Positions 1 through 9,097 are shown, numbered from the stretch's first letter. The stretch is 64,000 bases of DNA from an uncultured Bacteroidales bacterium (GCA_944320265.1 CALUGT010000015.1:3194-67193), one strand, 5' to 3'. Made by a program: numbers and translations. Notes: generated by a model from the sequence alone, not told the origin.

Positions 1-449
1 GGCTCCAAGGTCTTAAGCAGTCCGCTTTCAAAAAGGGAATATGCTTTCTTGCGGCTTTGCCCATCAATGGTGTTGTCGCTATAAGTGAACCAATCCAAAA
101 AGCGATTAGCTCTATTATTGGGATAATGCTTTGCCAATGTTTCCACACACGAATTGTCGAGCGCATCAGCTGCCCGCCGCTTGCCATCGGGCGCTTCAAA
201 TTTGAACTCGTGAGTGACACTCACGAGTTGGACACCATCCGCATTCAATTTTCGTTTGAGCCAACGCCAGTAGTTTCCAGCCTTGACATAATCTGATTCG
301 TCATTGATAGCCCGTATTATATCAATGGCAGAAAACCACCATTTGGAATTGGCTTCATCCCAAACGGCCCGCACTTCATAATCTTGATAAAAACGGATGG
401 AGAACTTGTGCGAGCCTTTCAGTTCTTTATCATTACTCTTCAAGTCCAT
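1..449 (-). CDS. Bro-N/KilA-N-like DNA-binding domain protein (partial; C-terminus lies beyond the left window edge)
   Basis: Hand translation of the minus strand from ATG at 449-447 gives MDLKSNDKELKGSHKFSIRFYQDYEVRAVWDEANSKWWFSAIDIIRAINDESDYVKAGNYWRWLKRKLNADGVQLVSVTHEFKFEAPDGKRRAADALD..., open to position 1. The VR-x-V-WD-x5-WWFSA-x-DI pattern, followed by YW..LK.KL and DGK.R..D, is typical of Bro-N family proteins. The start overlaps the hsdM stop by 17 nt. Confidence 0.55.
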   Translation of the reverse strand, partial: MDLKSNDKELKGSHKFSIRFYQDYEVRAVWDEANSKWWFSAIDIIRAINDESDYVKAGNYWRWLKRKLNADGVQLVSVTHEFKFEAPDGKRRAADALDNSCVETLAKHYPNNRANRFLDWFTYSDNTIDGQSRKKAYSLFESGLLKTLE

Positions 450-2001
450 AACCCAACTCTTGAAACAGGTTCAACAACTCCTTTTTGCTTTCTGCCTCTT
501 CGCGAAGCAGTTCTTGCATCTCGCTTTGCAGTTGCGTCATCTTCGTATCGAAGTCGATGCCTTCATCCCGGTTCTTGAACTCGATGTATTTGCTGGGCAC
601 GAGCGACCAGCCTTTCGTCTCGATTTCTTCAAGCGTAGCGGAATAACAGTATTCGGGTACGTTGCGATAAGTCTGTTCATGACCTTCGCGTTGCCAGTTA
701 TGAAAGTTTTCGGCTATTTGCGCAATCTGTTCCCCAGAGAATTGGATGTATTTCTTCTCGAACGGTTCACCCCATTGACGCAAGTCGATAAACAAAACCT
801 CATTTTCCCGGTTGCGGTAGTTTACCAATTCGCCGTTCTGTTCTACTGTGCGGGCTTTGCGGTTACCCGCTAATATCCAGAGAGTAACGCTGATATCCGT
901 AGAGTAGAACATATTACGGGGAAGGATTACAATGGCTTCCACCAAATGGTTCTTCAATAGTTGGCGACGTATGTTCAATTCTGTACCGTCTCCACTCAAC
1001 GCACCGTTGGCAAGCAGAAAGCCCGCCATACCATTGGCAGACAGTTTGGAAACGATGTTCAGAATCCAGCCATAGTTGGCATTACTTGTAGGCGGAACTT
1101 CATACCCATGCCAACGTGGGTCGTTGGTCAGTTCGTTTTCTGCCCGCCATGCCTTCTGATTGAAAGGCGGATTTGCCATGATGAAGTCCGCTTTCAAGTC
1201 CTTGTGTTGGTCGTCATGGAACGTATCGGCAGCTTTTTCTCCTAAGTTACAGGCAATGCCACGGATGGCAAGATTCATCTTCGCCAACTTATACGTGGTA
1301 TTGGTGTATTCCTGTCCATATACGGATATATCCTTTTTATTACCATGGTGCGCTTCAATGAATTTCATGCTCTGCACGAACATGCCGCCGGAACCGCAAC
1401 AAGGGTCGTAAATCTTGCCCCGGTAAGGCTGTATCATTTCCGCTATCAGGTTGACTATCGTCTTGGGCGTATAATACTCTCCTTTGCCTTTTCCTTCGGC
1501 TATGGCAAACTTGCCCAAGAAATATTCGTAGACACGTCCAATTAAGTCGTGTTCCTTGTCTTTCTGTGTATCAATCTTGCCGATGACGTCCAGCAGGCTT
1601 GCCAATTTGGTGCGGTCAAGCCCCAAGCCGGAATAATAATTACTTGGTAAAGCCCCTTTCAGTGTCGGGTTGTCTTTCTCCACCTGAGCCAAAGCCGCAT
1701 CTATCTTGATGGCAATGTCGTTCTGTTTGGCATTTTCTATCAGATAGCCCCAGCGGCTTATTTCGTTTAAATAGAAAACATTCTTGGCGTTATAGAATAC
1801 AGCCTGTTCGACAAATGCTTCTTTGCCGTCTGCTATCAGTTCGTTGCGGCGTTCCACAAAGCGGTCGTAGGCATATTTCAGGAATATCAGACTCAATACC
1901 ACATGCTTGTATTCCGAAGGTTCAACCGACCCACGTAGTTTATTCGCCGAATCCCAAAGGGTTTCTTCTATGCTCTTTTCTTTCAGCTGTTTCTTTGCCA
2001 T
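433..2001 (-). CDS. hsdM: Type I restriction-modification system, N6-adenine DNA methyltransferase subunit M
   Basis: 522-aa ORF. It has an HsdM N-terminal region (LWDSANKLRG, EYKHVVLSLIFLKY), AdoMet motif I (IYDPCCGSGGMF) and catalytic motif IV (IMANPPFN). Confidence 0.93.
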   Translation of the reverse strand: MAKKQLKEKSIEETLWDSANKLRGSVEPSEYKHVVLSLIFLKYAYDRFVERRNELIADGKEAFVEQAVFYNAKNVFYLNEISRWGYLIENAKQNDIAIKIDAALAQVEKDNPTLKGALPSNYYSGLGLDRTKLASLLDVIGKIDTQKDKEHDLIGRVYEYFLGKFAIAEGKGKGEYYTPKTIVNLIAEMIQPYRGKIYDPCCGSGGMFVQSMKFIEAHHGNKKDISVYGQEYTNTTYKLAKMNLAIRGIACNLGEKAADTFHDDQHKDLKADFIMANPPFNQKAWRAENELTNDPRWHGYEVPPTSNANYGWILNIVSKLSANGMAGFLLANGALSGDGTELNIRRQLLKNHLVEAIVILPRNMFYSTDISVTLWILAGNRKARTVEQNGELVNYRNRENEVLFIDLRQWGEPFEKKYIQFSGEQIAQIAENFHNWQREGHEQTYRNVPEYCYSATLEEIETKGWSLVPSKYIEFKNRDEGIDFDTKMTQLQSEMQELLREEAESKKELLNLFQELGYGLEE

Positions 2002-2005
2002 GACC

Positions 2006-2224
2006 TTATTCTTCTATCCCGTTATTAATCAACCTTCTCGCATCCACATTCAATATGGAGGCTATCTTCATCAGCATCTCCAATGAGGGCTGACTTGTAT
2101 TGGAACACCAACGTGAAACAGTAGCTTCGTTTTTTCCTAACTGCCCGGCTAACCATTTCCCGGTTTTACCTTGTTCTACTAATACAATTTTTAGTCTGTT
2201 TATCTTTTCTGTTCCCATATTCAA
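2006..2224 (-). CDS. XRE-family helix-turn-helix transcriptional regulator
   Basis: 72-aa ORF with an HTH_3-like core (KWLAGQLGKNEATVSRWCSNTSQPSLEMLMKIASILNV). It lies 4 nt upstream of hsdM on the same strand. Confidence 0.85.
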   Translation of the reverse strand: MNMGTEKINRLKIVLVEQGKTGKWLAGQLGKNEATVSRWCSNTSQPSLEMLMKIASILNVDARRLINNGIEE

Positions 2225-2403
2225 TTCATATTACAAGTATGCGATAATAGATTGATGCTATTTGCAAAGGTAATGATTAATTCCAGGAAACTGTAAGAAG
2301 TGAGCCATAATCTTCTACAATTGCATTTTTGTCATTTTTTATGGAGGTCGTATTATTGAATTTGTCAGAACAAGTCTTGACTATTACATCTTCTTCAGGC
2401 ACT

Positions 2404-2979
2404 TCATGTAACGGATAATAGTGTTCTGCTGGCAGGACTTTCCGTTTTGAGGTAGAACTCAAAGGCACGAACCAACTCGTCGTTGACTTCTGTCAGCGGC
2501 AAATCCTCTTTCCCATACTTCTGTTTGATAAGTTCTGCGAGATAGCGTTTGCAGCTTTCATAACGGCGGACGGTAATCAGCGCATAGTCTTTCCCCACAA
2601 GGGCACGGCATTGGTCGTTATGTTCCTGTATGGTGTTGATGAATGTGCGGACTTCTTCCGGCTCTTTGTCCTGTCTGAAGAACTTTTCCTGCAACAGACG
2701 GGCGGTAACGGGCTGTTGCTGTTCCTCCAATTCATTAAAGATTTGGTGGAGCTTGATTTTCGCATTTTCGATATAGGCGTTCAGGTCGCACGCCTTGCGG
2801 CTTTTTCCACGGGCACATTCCTTCGCCTGATTCCACGATGCTGGGTCGATGCTCTTGCGGATGTTGGTTTCCACTCGCGCACTGTTCACGGTGATGCGCA
2901 TACATACGGAGGCTTCTCCGTTTTTCAGCAGTTTGGCTTTCTTGATGAAGAAAAGCACATTGAACGAGTTTCTTTTCAT
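2404..2979 (-). pseudogene. Truncated tyrosine recombinase/integrase (Arm DNA-binding and SAM-like N-terminal domains only)
   Basis: From the internal Met at 2979 the sequence reads MKRNSFNVLFFIKKAKLLKNGEASVCMRITVNSARVETNIRKSIDPASWN...VRRYESCKRYLAELI...ELVRAFEFYLKTE. This is the typical N-terminus of Bacteroides CTn/phage integrases. Homology stops near 2440 and the catalytic R-H-R-Y domain is absent. Confidence 0.75.
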
Positions 2980-3159
2980 TTTCCTACAATTTTTAGTTGG
3001 ACAAAAGTAGGAAACCATCCACGCTTTCTTGATAAGCAAGACATTGCAAATCAACAAAAAAAGAATCCAGTTCGGTAGAGATTTTCGCTCCACCTTTTCC
3101 GCTCCACCTTTTGGAACACCGGAAGCGGTCATATTCCGCACTTTTTTGCGTTCTGCGGG

Positions 3160-3199
3160 AAAACAAAAACTCCTGATTCCGTTTGAAAATCAGGAGTTT
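3160..3199 (-). terminator. Rho-independent terminator-like hairpin
   Basis: A perfect 12-bp stem pairs aaactcctgatt (3167-3178) with aatcaggagttt (3188-3199). On the minus strand a T-rich run follows it (plus-strand aaaacaaaa at about 3159-3167). Confidence 0.45.
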
Positions 3200-3217
3200 A
3201 CTACTAATTGCTTTTCT

Positions 3218-3375
3218 TCAAAGTGGTGCCACCAGGAATCGCGAGATATTGGCAAGCAGCGCATCTTTGAGAATATGCTCATTATAAGGTTGGGTTATTC
3301 CTGTAAAGGCAAAGTTATAAGGGTCTTTTGTCAGTTCTTGTGCAAGATCGCTTGTCGTTTCCGGCAATGCGCTGG
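3218..3375 (-). pseudogene. Fragment of a DUF1016/YhcG-type PD-(D/E)xK nuclease gene
   Basis: The C-terminal end of the minus-strand ORF reads ...SDLAQELTKDPYNFAFTGITQPYNEHILKDALLANISRFLV. This matches the conserved central segment of YhcG/DUF1016 proteins (KDPY.FdFLgl...E..LE.aLi..l..FLLE). Both flanks of the family are missing. Confidence 0.5.
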
Positions 3376-3379
3376 TGAA

Positions 3380-3832
3380 GGCACCCTTTTCTACGGATAC
3401 AAGCTGCACGCCGTCTGCGGGTTGAACGAGGGCATCCACTCTTCCGGCCTGACCAAGGCGAGCGTGCACGACCTCCATTACCTGAAGGATGTCAAGGCCG
3501 GCTACGCGCACTGCACCCTCCTCGGGGACAAGGGCCATATCAGCGCTCAGGCGCAGCTTGACCTTTTCGAATCGGCCCGTATCCGGCTGGAAGCACCCTG
3601 CCGGAAAAACCAACGAGACCGAAAACCGGCCTTCCAGCCCTTCGCCAAAGCGAGGAAAAGGATGGAAACCGTGTTCTCCCAGCTCTGCGACCAATCCATG
3701 ATTGTGCGCAATCACGCAAAAGACACCGAGAGGCTGTTCACCCGGATTATCGGGAAAATCAACGCGCTCACCATCCTGCAATACATTAACTACAAAACAA
3801 CAAGCCCATCGGCAGGGTCAAGCATGCACTGA
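3380..3832 (+). pseudogene. IS982-family transposase, C-terminal half only (IS remnant)
   Basis: The ORF tail reads FYGYKLHAVCGLNEGIHSSGLTKASVHDLHYLKDVK...CTLLGDKGHISAQAQLDLFESARIRLEAPCRKNQ...KARKRMETVFSQLCDQSMIVRNHAKD...ALTILQYIN. This is the recognisable DDE C-terminal region of IS982-family transposases. The N-terminal half is absent, and the upstream part of ORF 3029-3379 shows no similarity. Confidence 0.7.
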
Positions 3833-4529
3833 CTTAATTCCGCCAACGGGTAAAATCTTATGTAATTCCAATTTCCCTCTGCTCCAACGCCTTTTTTTCC
3901 TATGCTTCCCCATCCTGTCTTTTGATTCTGCCCGAAAGCAGCTCGACAAACCAAAGGCAAACAACCTTATCGCCCGAACCGAACCGATAAACCCGGATTC
4001 TTGCAGAAACAGCCTCGGCGCGTCTCAATGACCAACCGGTGTCAACAACGGCCTTGGCAAACCAATTGAAAATACCCATTTGTAAGTATTTCAACCTTCG
4101 CATATCCCCATTTGTAGGTATAGGGAAGGATTTCCATCGGATGTACTTTTGCCTCGTTTTCCACTACAAGGGCTGAAAGGCTCCGGAGGGTGTATCAAAA
4201 TAGGCATTTGAAATCACCCTCAGGCGGCGTGTCAGAGTGAGTAAGATGCAAGGCGCTGAGAGCGAGAACGAAAGAGCGTACTGAAGTATGTGACTGAGTT
4301 CGAGTCTCGAAAAACAGTGCAAACCGAGAGCAGAGCCAAAGCCCCGAGTAAGTCGAGCACCATGCCAAGCCATTCCCTCGCTTGGACATGGCCGAGACGG
4401 AGGGGCTTCGGCGTAGCCCACCTTGCTTGAACTCTGCCGAGGTGCAGCCAGTCTTCGGCGAAGCCAGATTGCTCATTATGACACACCGCCGCAGCGTTTA
4501 TCGGAAACGAAATTCAAAATAATAATGCC

Positions 4530-5129
4530 ATGATAATTCCAAGCAAATCTCTCTGCGTCCTGATGTCGGCCTTGACGCTGACATTGATGGTTTCCTGCGG
4601 CAACAAGACCGCCCAGCCCGGCACGACAGCCGCGACCGAACAAAAAGCGGCGACCCAAGCCGTGATGAACATCGACGAACTTCTGGCATCGGCAGAAAAG
4701 AACATTGGCAAGGAAGTGACCTTCAAAGGAATCTGCACCCATACCTGCAAGCACGGTGCAAAGAAGATGTTCATGATGGGCAGCGACGACACCAAGACCA
4801 TCCGCGTGGAAAGCGGTTCGTTGGGCAGCTTCGATACCCGCTGCATCAACAACTTAGTACAAGTGACCGGCATCGTGGAAGAACAGCGCATCGACGAAGC
4901 CTATCTCCAGCAATGGGAAGAATCGGCCAAGAACCAGACCATGGAACAGCATGGGGAAGGCGAAGCCGGCTGCGATTCCGAAAAGAAGGCCCGGGGCGAG
5001 ACCGGCAACACGGTAGAAGAGCGCATTGCCGATTTCCGCGCCCAGATAGCGGAACGCAAGGCCAAGGAAGGCAAGGACTACCTGTCGTTCTACTATGTGA
5101 CCGCCACAGCCTACCAAATTGAAGATTAA
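4530..5129 (+). CDS. Lipoprotein of unknown function (possible metal-binding CxHxCxH motif)
   Basis: 199 aa with a lipoprotein signal peptide and lipobox (LTLTLMVSCGNK). The mature part contains CTHTCKHG and a charged C-terminal half. It is the first gene of a co-directional cluster. Confidence 0.7.
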   Translation: MIIPSKSLCVLMSALTLTLMVSCGNKTAQPGTTAATEQKAATQAVMNIDELLASAEKNIGKEVTFKGICTHTCKHGAKKMFMMGSDDTKTIRVESGSLGSFDTRCINNLVQVTGIVEEQRIDEAYLQQWEESAKNQTMEQHGEGEAGCDSEKKARGETGNTVEERIADFRAQIAERKAKEGKDYLSFYYVTATAYQIED

Positions 5130-5298
5130 CGCCGACCTACACCTTGTTTTCGTCCGCCACGTACTCGCCACGTCCGAACAAGCTGAAGATTAACCCCTGC
5201 CGGCCATCAGACGCACCGAGGGCGTTTCCCATCCCGGGATGATTCTTTTTGAAATCAACCGCGGAAAGGGAACACGGCATTTTCTCCTCTTTGATAAA

Positions 5299-5868
5299 AT
5301 GAAACTCAATGCAGCGAAAATCAGGTCACGGTGCCGTACTTGGCATCGAGACCTCTCCTTTGTCTTTGCCGGGATGTTCATCGTCTATGCCCTTTCCGGC
5401 ATCGCCATGAACCATCGGGACAGCTTCAACCCCAATTATTCGGTGAAACGCAGCGAACTGCAAGTGGACAAAAGCCTGTTCAGCCAAGGCAAAGCGGACA
5501 AGGAACAAGTGCTCCGGATTTTGGAATCAATCGGCGAAAGCCGGAACTTCACCCAGTTCTATTATCCCGAACCGAACAGGCTGAAAATCTTCCTCAAAGG
5601 AGGCTCGTCGGTAGTCATCGACACGGAAAATGGCACCGGGGTCTATGAGAAACTGAGCCGTCGGCCCATCTTCAGCTTCGTGACCAAGCTGCATTACAAC
5701 CCCGGCCGTCTCTGGACGTATTTCGCCGACGCTTTCGGCATCGCCATGATCCTGATCACGATTACCGGCCTTGCCATGCTCAAAGGGAAGAACGGACTTT
5801 GGGGAAAGGGCGGCATCGAGTTCGGCATCGGCATCCTGGTACCGGTCATAATACTGTTAGTCATGTAA
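5299..5868 (+). CDS. PepSY-associated transmembrane helix protein
   Basis: From the internal Met at 5299 the sequence reads MKLNAAKIRSRCRTWHRDLSFVFAGMFIVYALSGIAMNHRDSFNP..., with a C-terminal TM segment (FGIAMILITITGLAMLKGKNGLW). This is the typical PepSY_TM architecture. Confidence 0.75.
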   Translation: MKLNAAKIRSRCRTWHRDLSFVFAGMFIVYALSGIAMNHRDSFNPNYSVKRSELQVDKSLFSQGKADKEQVLRILESIGESRNFTQFYYPEPNRLKIFLKGGSSVVIDTENGTGVYEKLSRRPIFSFVTKLHYNPGRLWTYFADAFGIAMILITITGLAMLKGKNGLWGKGGIEFGIGILVPVIILLVM

Positions 5869-5871
5869 CTT

Positions 5872-6783
5872 ATGGAAGCCATCATAGAATGCAGGAACCT
5901 GACCCATTTCTACGGGAAACGGCTCATTTACGAAAACCTGAATTTCAAAGTGCCCGAAGGCCGGATTCTGGGGCTTCTGGGCAAGAACGGGACAGGCAAG
6001 ACCACCACGATCAATATCCTGAGCGGCTATCTGGAGCCCCGCAAGGGCGAATGCCTGATTTTCGGCGAGAACATCCGGAGCATGAATCCGGCCACACGAG
6101 CCAGAATCGGGCTGCTGATAGAAGGCCATGTGCAATACCAGTTCATGACCATCCGCCAAATAGAACGTTTCTATTCGGCCTTTTATCCCCAATGGCGCAA
6201 GGATGCTTATTATGAACTGATGGCAAAACTCAAAGTTGCGCCTGGACAGCGTATCGCCAACATGTCCTGCGGGCAGCGTTCGCAAGTGGCCTTGGGTCTT
6301 ATCCTTGCCCAGAATCCCGACCTCTTGGTCTTGGACGATTTCTCCTTGGGTCTCGACCCTGGTTACCGCCGCCTGTTCGTGGATTACCTGCGGGAATATG
6401 CCAAGGCCGAGGGCAAGACCGTCTTCCTGACTTCCCATATCATCCAGGACATGGAACGTCTGGTGGACGACTGCATCATCATGGATTACGGCCGCATCCT
6501 GCTGCAATGCCCGGTAGCGCAAATCCTGAGCAATTTCAGGATTTACCGATGCCAGACAGACGAATACCGGAACGGGGAAGCGCTTTTGCAATCGCTGTCT
6601 CAGGCGGGCGGAGGCAAACTGTACCATCCTTCACTGATCCGGCAGAATCTGGAGTTCGGTTCTTTCCTGAGCGATGCCGAAGTGGGCCGAATCCTGCGGC
6701 AGGAGCAGATAGGGTACAGCCAGTTGAGGAGCGAGAGGGTAGGGCTGGAGGATGCATTCCTAAGTATGACCGGCAAATATTGA
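5872..6783 (+). CDS. ABC transporter ATP-binding protein
   Basis: Walker A is GKNGTGKTT, the ABC signature-like motif is MSCGQRSQV, and Walker B is LLVLDDFSLGLD. It starts 4 nt after the PepSY_TM gene stop. Confidence 0.9.
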   Translation: MEAIIECRNLTHFYGKRLIYENLNFKVPEGRILGLLGKNGTGKTTTINILSGYLEPRKGECLIFGENIRSMNPATRARIGLLIEGHVQYQFMTIRQIERFYSAFYPQWRKDAYYELMAKLKVAPGQRIANMSCGQRSQVALGLILAQNPDLLVLDDFSLGLDPGYRRLFVDYLREYAKAEGKTVFLTSHIIQDMERLVDDCIIMDYGRILLQCPVAQILSNFRIYRCQTDEYRNGEALLQSLSQAGGGKLYHPSLIRQNLEFGSFLSDAEVGRILRQEQIGYSQLRSERVGLEDAFLSMTGKY

Positions 6784-7100
6784 CGCGGCATGTGATAACG
6801 GGCGGACTGCGGCTCGACGCCCCGCATTCCACCCGCTCTGACGCACGGTCCAATAGATGCGATGATGGGCGCAGCCTTGCATCTCAGCCGTCCCGACACA
6901 CTGCCAAGGGGTACATGAAGGCAATTCAGACATTCCAAGCTCTTCGCTTTCATCCTCTTCCGACACCTGTCCAAAAAGACCACAAGCAAAATAAAAAGAC
7001 ACCCCTGCCAAAGAATGGAAAAACGGTGCGTCAAACGAACAGACTCTTACGTTTTCCATTTCTCAAAAAAAAATTCGACAGGGAAAAGAAAAACAAAACA

Positions 7101-7772
7101 ATGTTCAAAGCGGTATTTTTCAAAGAATGGCTCAAGACACGCTGGTGCCTGTCAGCCGCCTTCGTGTTATGTTCCGGATTTTCCATCTACATCGCGAGCC
7201 GGGTCATGAAAGCCATCGAACTGCAAGGAGCGGGCCACATCTGGGAAGTGACCGTAAGCCGGGATGCCCTTTTTGCCGAACCGATAACCTTTGTACCTCT
7301 ATTGATAGGCTTGGCACTGGGACTCTTCCAGTATTTCCCGGAAATGCAACGCAAATGCTTCAAGCTGACCCTGCATCTGCCCTACCCGGCCCTGCGGATG
7401 ACGCTCGTCATGCTGCTCTACGGCATGCTTGGGCTGAGCCTCTGCTTCGTCGCCTCCCTCATCCTGCTTTGGATTCCGTTAGCGCAAGTATTCCCCTCCG
7501 AACTATCAAGCCGCATTGTCCTGAGCAGCCTGCCTTGGTTCGCGGCCGGATACGCCGCGTACCTTTTTTCGGCATGGATCACGCTGGAACCCACTTGGAA
7601 ACGCCGGGCATTCAATATGATTGTCGCGGCATTCTGCCTCAAAATATTTTTCATGGCGCCAGCGCCTGAAGCCTACAACGCCTTCCTTCCCTGGCTCAGC
7701 CTTTGCGTGATTGCCTTGATTTCCTTAGTCTGGCTTTCCGTCCTGCGGTTCAAAGCCGGGAAACAGGACTGA
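7101..7772 (+). CDS. Multi-pass membrane protein (ABC-2-type permease-like partner)
   Basis: ATG at 7101 gives MFKAVFFKEWLKTRWCLSAAFVLCSGFSIYIA..., with about six hydrophobic segments. The long upstream extension of ORF 6507-7100 is Arg/Pro-rich and non-protein-like. Confidence 0.65.
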   Translation: MFKAVFFKEWLKTRWCLSAAFVLCSGFSIYIASRVMKAIELQGAGHIWEVTVSRDALFAEPITFVPLLIGLALGLFQYFPEMQRKCFKLTLHLPYPALRMTLVMLLYGMLGLSLCFVASLILLWIPLAQVFPSELSSRIVLSSLPWFAAGYAAYLFSAWITLEPTWKRRAFNMIVAAFCLKIFFMAPAPEAYNAFLPWLSLCVIALISLVWLSVLRFKAGKQD

Positions 7773-7886
7773 AAACCGCCGCCAAGACCCGAAACACTCA
7801 AAATTCCAGCGTAAGACCCGGCACGCCTTAATCCAACGCCAGCTTCCTCTCGGCAGCGACGGACCAACAACCCAAAACACAAGAAA

Positions 7887-8918
7887 ATGAAAACCTTCGG
7901 AAAAATATTCCTCGGATTCCTGACAGCCGTCATCATCCTTTGGCAACTGCCCTGGCTCGCCACTTTTGCCAGCTCCAAGCCTTCGCGCCATCCGTTCACC
8001 GTTTACAGCTGCATGATACAGGACTTCGCCATGATCGATGCCAGCGGCGACGAATTGGTCTATACCGATCGGCAAGGGAGGATCTATACCGAAGAACAGT
8101 TCGACTCCATCCTCCCCTTGCTCTATGCCCGCCAGCTGTTTTCCGAAGGCCGGTTCCCTACCGAAATCCACGGCAGGCCGGTCCGTTTCCAGGAAGCCAG
8201 GCGGCACGATTTCTTTTTCCGTTCCTCGCCCCGCGACATCAACAAAGTGAAACCGGGAATCTATTTCTTGCTAGAATCCATGTCGGGCCGGGTCGATTTG
8301 GAAATGCCCGACGACGCTTTCCGGGTCAATGCCCGAGGCATCGAGTTCATCGATATGGAAACCAACACCTTGAAACCTGAAAAAAGCCGCATTTTCACCG
8401 AAATGATGAAGTCGAAAGGCTTCGTGTTCCCGGCTCGGCAAATCTCCGGGAACCCCACCGCACAGAAAGAGTACGACGAAGGCTATCTGCTGAGCGATGC
8501 CGAAGGCCGCCTCTACCATCTGAAGATGATGCGCGGCACGCCCTATTTCCGGCAGATTCCGCTGCCCGAAGATGTCCGCCCCGAACACCTTTTCCTGACC
8601 GAAGTGGAAGCCCGCGATATGTTAGGGCTGTTCACCGATACGCAGAACCGCCTCTACGTCATCCGGATGCCGGGCTATTCAGTCCAAGCCGTCGACATTC
8701 CATCCTTCGACCCGGAACAGGAGAACCTCTCCATCTTAGGCAACCTCTTGGACTGGACCTTGACCATTTCCTCGCCCGACAGCGTCCGTTACTATGCCGT
8801 GGAGACCTCCGGCTTTTCTTCCTTGGGCCGGTATTCCTACGCCCGCGAAAGCAGCCGCATCCACGGCCTCTGCTTCACCTCCTCCGCGGACTCCTACGTG
8901 AAACCCCGGCTCTATTAA
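7887..8918 (+). CDS. DUF4857-like protein (N-terminal TM anchor)
   Basis: 343 aa with an N-terminal anchor (IFLGFLTAVIILWQLPWL). It then reads FTVYSCMIQDFAMIDASGDELVYTDRQGRIYTEEQFDSILPLLYARQL, which recalls DUF4857 proteins that accompany ABC/PepSY genes in Bacteroidales. Confidence 0.6.
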   Translation: MKTFGKIFLGFLTAVIILWQLPWLATFASSKPSRHPFTVYSCMIQDFAMIDASGDELVYTDRQGRIYTEEQFDSILPLLYARQLFSEGRFPTEIHGRPVRFQEARRHDFFFRSSPRDINKVKPGIYFLLESMSGRVDLEMPDDAFRVNARGIEFIDMETNTLKPEKSRIFTEMMKSKGFVFPARQISGNPTAQKEYDEGYLLSDAEGRLYHLKMMRGTPYFRQIPLPEDVRPEHLFLTEVEARDMLGLFTDTQNRLYVIRMPGYSVQAVDIPSFDPEQENLSILGNLLDWTLTISSPDSVRYYAVETSGFSSLGRYSYARESSRIHGLCFTSSADSYVKPRLY

Positions 8919-9097
8919 GCCACTGTCGGAAAAAAGGGAACACGCAAGAGTTCCAACACGTTTTGCAAGCATTCCGAACATTGCATCCGTAAACTGCAGG
9001 AGCGGGATTGACGCGATTGGAAAACATCCATTATCTTCGCGGCCTTAAACCCGAACCGGTCATTAGAATTTGGGGTAAAGCAAACAAGATTACTTTT

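Noticed and set aside
2277-2468. 63-aa ORF upstream of the XRE gene as a HigB/RelE-type toxin paired with the HTH protein
   Set aside because: The gene order is suggestive, but the sequence shows no toxin motifs I can recognise, and its 5' part overlaps the truncated integrase end. The evidence is insufficient.
3029-3379. Upstream part of ORF 3029-3832 as part of a full-length transposase
   Set aside because: Only residues from about FYGYKLH onward resemble IS982 transposases. The upstream translation crosses the integrase start region, a terminator hairpin and the antisense of the DUF1016 fragment.
4052-4066. Sigma-54 type promoter (tggcaaaccaattga) upstream of the lipoprotein operon
   Set aside because: The spacing fits TGGCAC-N5-TTGC, but both hexamer ends carry mismatches (TGGCAA, TTGA) and it lies about 470 nt from the start codon. 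That is too weak to call without experimental or comparative support.
4222-4492. Cobalamin riboswitch, tRNA/tmRNA or RNase P RNA in the purine-rich segment
   Set aside because: I found no B12 box (GCCACTG-type core), no GGGAA..GTG..CCGC pattern, and no RNase P GGAAAGTCC. The tRNA-like gagttcgagtctc near 4298 has only a 3-bp stem and no acceptor or anticodon arms. It is kept only as an unassigned structured candidate.
6507-7100. Long N-terminal extension of the membrane-protein ORF (421 aa)
   Set aside because: The upstream part overlaps the ABC ATPase gene in another frame and then crosses a non-coding gap. It is Arg/Pro/Ser-rich. The ATG at 7101 begins the hydrophobic protein proper.
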